Source: Candidatus Saccharimonadales bacterium (lineage in GTDB: Bacteria > Patescibacteriota > Saccharimonadia > Saccharimonadales > JAXHNE01). Taken from it: a DNA stretch of 64,000 bases. Made by a program: the position numbers and the translations under genes. The notes under the pieces are model-generated. The model was given only the letters and a program-made list of their open reading frames with translations. It had not been told where the DNA came from and did not search any database. Location of the stretch: positions 19 to 64,018 of the forward strand of contig JBBQAZ010000002.1 in the NCBI GenBank assembly GCA_038316995.1, written 5' to 3'. Shown here one piece after another: positions 62,489 to 64,000 of the stretch (its first letter is position 1; each line of letters starts with the position of its first letter).

Positions 62489-64000
62489 GTGGGAAAAATT
62501 ATAGGAATTGATTTAGGAACAACTAATTCAGCCATGGCTGTTATGCAGTCAGGTAAAGCAGAAATTATCGCAAATTCGGAAGGAAATCGTACTACTCCAA
62601 GTGTAGTTGCGCTTAATAAGAACAAAGAACGTTTGGTTGGTCAGGTTGCGCGCAGACAGCAAGTAACTAACCCTACGAACACAATTTATGAAGTAAAACG
62701 ACTTATAGGACGCGATTTTAAGGATGAAGAAGTCCAACGTGACCTTAAGCTTATGGGTTATGAAATCGTAAAAAGTGGCCAAGGCGTAAAAGTAAAGATG
62801 GGCTATAAAGACTATAGCCCCGAAGAAGTAAGCGCTATGATTTTAGGCAAACTCAAGACCGATGCAGAGGCGTTTTTGGGTGATAAAGTCACAGAAGCAG
62901 TTATTACTGTTCCTGCATATTTTGATGACTCACAGCGCCAAGCTACTAAAGATGCAGGTAAAATCGCTGGTCTAGAAGTAAAGCGTATTATTAACGAACC
63001 AACCGCTGCTGCACTAGCTTACGGACTTGATAAAGATGCCAAGAAAGACGAGAAAATCGCTGTTTACGACCTTGGTGGCGGTACGTTCGACGTATCTATC
63101 CTGGAACTTGGAGATGGTGTATTTGAAGTAAAAAGCACAAATGGTGACACGCACCTTGGTGGTGCAGATTTTGACCGCGTGTTAGTAAACTACTTTGCTG
63201 CAGAGTTCAAAAAAGAACATGGTCTTGATATTTCTGATGACAAAGCTGCAATGCAACGCCTCCGTGATGAAGCAGAAAAGGCCAAGATTGAGCTTTCAAC
63301 TTCTCAGGAGGTAGATATTAATCTGCCATTTTTAACTGCAGATGCCGATGGTCCAAAGCACTTTGAACACAAACTGACTAGAGCTAAATTAGAAAGTTTG
63401 GTAGGTGATTTAGTAGATAAAACCGCCGTTCCTTGTGAAAAAGCCTTAAAAGACGCAGGCATTAAAGCTAGTGAAATTGATGCTGTAGTACTTGTTGGGG
63501 GTATGACCCGAATGCCTGCCGTGCAGGAAAAGGTAAAGAAAATTTTTGAAAAAGATCCAATGCAGGGTGTAAACCCAGACGAAGTAGTTGCAATTGGTGC
63601 AGCGATTCAGGGTGGAGTACTCCAGGGAGACGTCAAAGACGTATTGCTACTGGACGTAACGCCACTTAGTCTTGGAATTGAAACACTTGGAAGTGTTACA
63701 AACAAACTTATTGAGCGAAACACGACCATTCCAACAAGCAAAAGCCAGGTGTACTCAACTGCTGCCGATAATCAGCCGCAAGTAGAGATTCATGTACTGC
63801 AGGGTGAGCGTGAAATGGTTGCTGATAACAAATCACTAGGACGATTTGTTCTAGATGGCATCCCACCAGCACCACGTGGTGTCCCTCAAATTGAGGTGAC
63901 ATTCAATATCGATGCTAACGGTATCTTGAATGTTTCTGCCAAAGACAAAGGTTCTGGCAAGGAACAGAGCATTACAATCCAGAACAGTTCTGGTCTATCA
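62489..64000 (+). CDS. dnaK: molecular chaperone DnaK (3' end outside window)
   Basis: AAGGAG SD lies 8 nt before the GTG at 62489. [23 protein letters not shown] and [10 protein letters not shown] are Hsp70 signatures. The frame is open to base 64000. Confidence 0.9.
   Translation, partial: MGKIIGIDLGTTNSAMAVMQSGKAEIIANSEGNRTTPSVVALNKNKERLVGQVARRQQVTNPTNTIYEVKRLIGRDFKDEEVQRDLKLMGYEIVKSGQGVKVKMGYKDYSPEEVSAMILGKLKTDAEAFLGDKVTEAVITVPAYFDDSQRQATKDAGKIAGLEVKRIINEPTAAALAYGLDKDAKKDEKIAVYDLGGGTFDVSILELGDGVFEVKSTNGDTHLGGADFDRVLVNYFAAEFKKEHGLDISDDKAAMQRLRDEAEKAKIELSTSQEVDINLPFLTADADGPKHFEHKLTRAKLESLVGDLVDKTAVPCEKALKDAGIKASEIDAVVLVGGMTRMPAVQEKVKKIFEKDPMQGVNPDEVVAIGAAIQGGVLQGDVKDVLLLDVTPLSLGIETLGSVTNKLIERNTTIPTSKSQVYSTAADNQPQVEIHVLQGEREMVADNKSLGRFVLDGIPPAPRGVPQIEVTFNIDANGILNVSAKDKGSGKEQSITIQNSSGLS

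Noticed and set aside
1-64000. CRISPR arrays, rRNA genes, integrase/transposase genes and alternative genetic code (UGA recoding).
   Set aside because: No spaced direct-repeat array or rRNA-like sequence was seen. No ORF shows tyrosine or serine recombinase or DDE motifs that I can recognise. Long conserved genes are intact under the standard code, and TGA terminates murJ and the MFS gene where homology ends.

Overview
This is a 64-kb chromosomal segment from a compact, moderately AT-rich bacterial genome. It reads with the standard code: TGA closes murJ and the MFS gene where homology ends. All functional calls come from motif recognition by eye, since no searches could be run.

Housekeeping anchors are idi, an MscS-like channel, tsaC, murC, dus, a DEAD-box helicase, an AlkA-like glycosylase, tilS-ftsH, murJ, lepA and a gmk-like kinase. 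A CIRCE-controlled hrcA-grpE-orf-dnaK operon runs off the right edge. The many short membrane-anchored hypothetical proteins give a Patescibacteria/CPR-like (Saccharibacteria-like) feel, but that is inference only.

The 17-46 kb stretch is enriched for metal and redox functions:
- two class-I pyridine-nucleotide disulfide oxidoreductases, one beside CcdA and one beside a glutaredoxin with ArsR and MarR regulators
- a cupredoxin plus NOX-like ferric-reductase operon
- a P2-type cation ATPase
- a csoR-DUF305-copB copper operon with a perfect operator palindrome

A bacterioruberin-type carotenoid trio (CrtD/CrtI-like, CruF-like, UbiA/LyeJ-like) lies at 11.9-15.0 kb with no phytoene or GGPP synthase in view.

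All three tRNAs in the window carry a CAT anticodon. The most unusual signal is a roughly 166-nt unit attached to the 3' end of two of them. Two near-identical copies bracket a 2.7-kb recombinase-less cassette at tRNA-fMet. A third, diverged copy follows another tRNA(CAT). Each unit ends in a copy of its own neighbour tRNA's 3' end. The diverged copy shows one compensatory base-pair change in a helix. I do not recognise this unit as a known RNA family or mobile element.

No CRISPR array, rRNA gene or recognisable recombinase is present.
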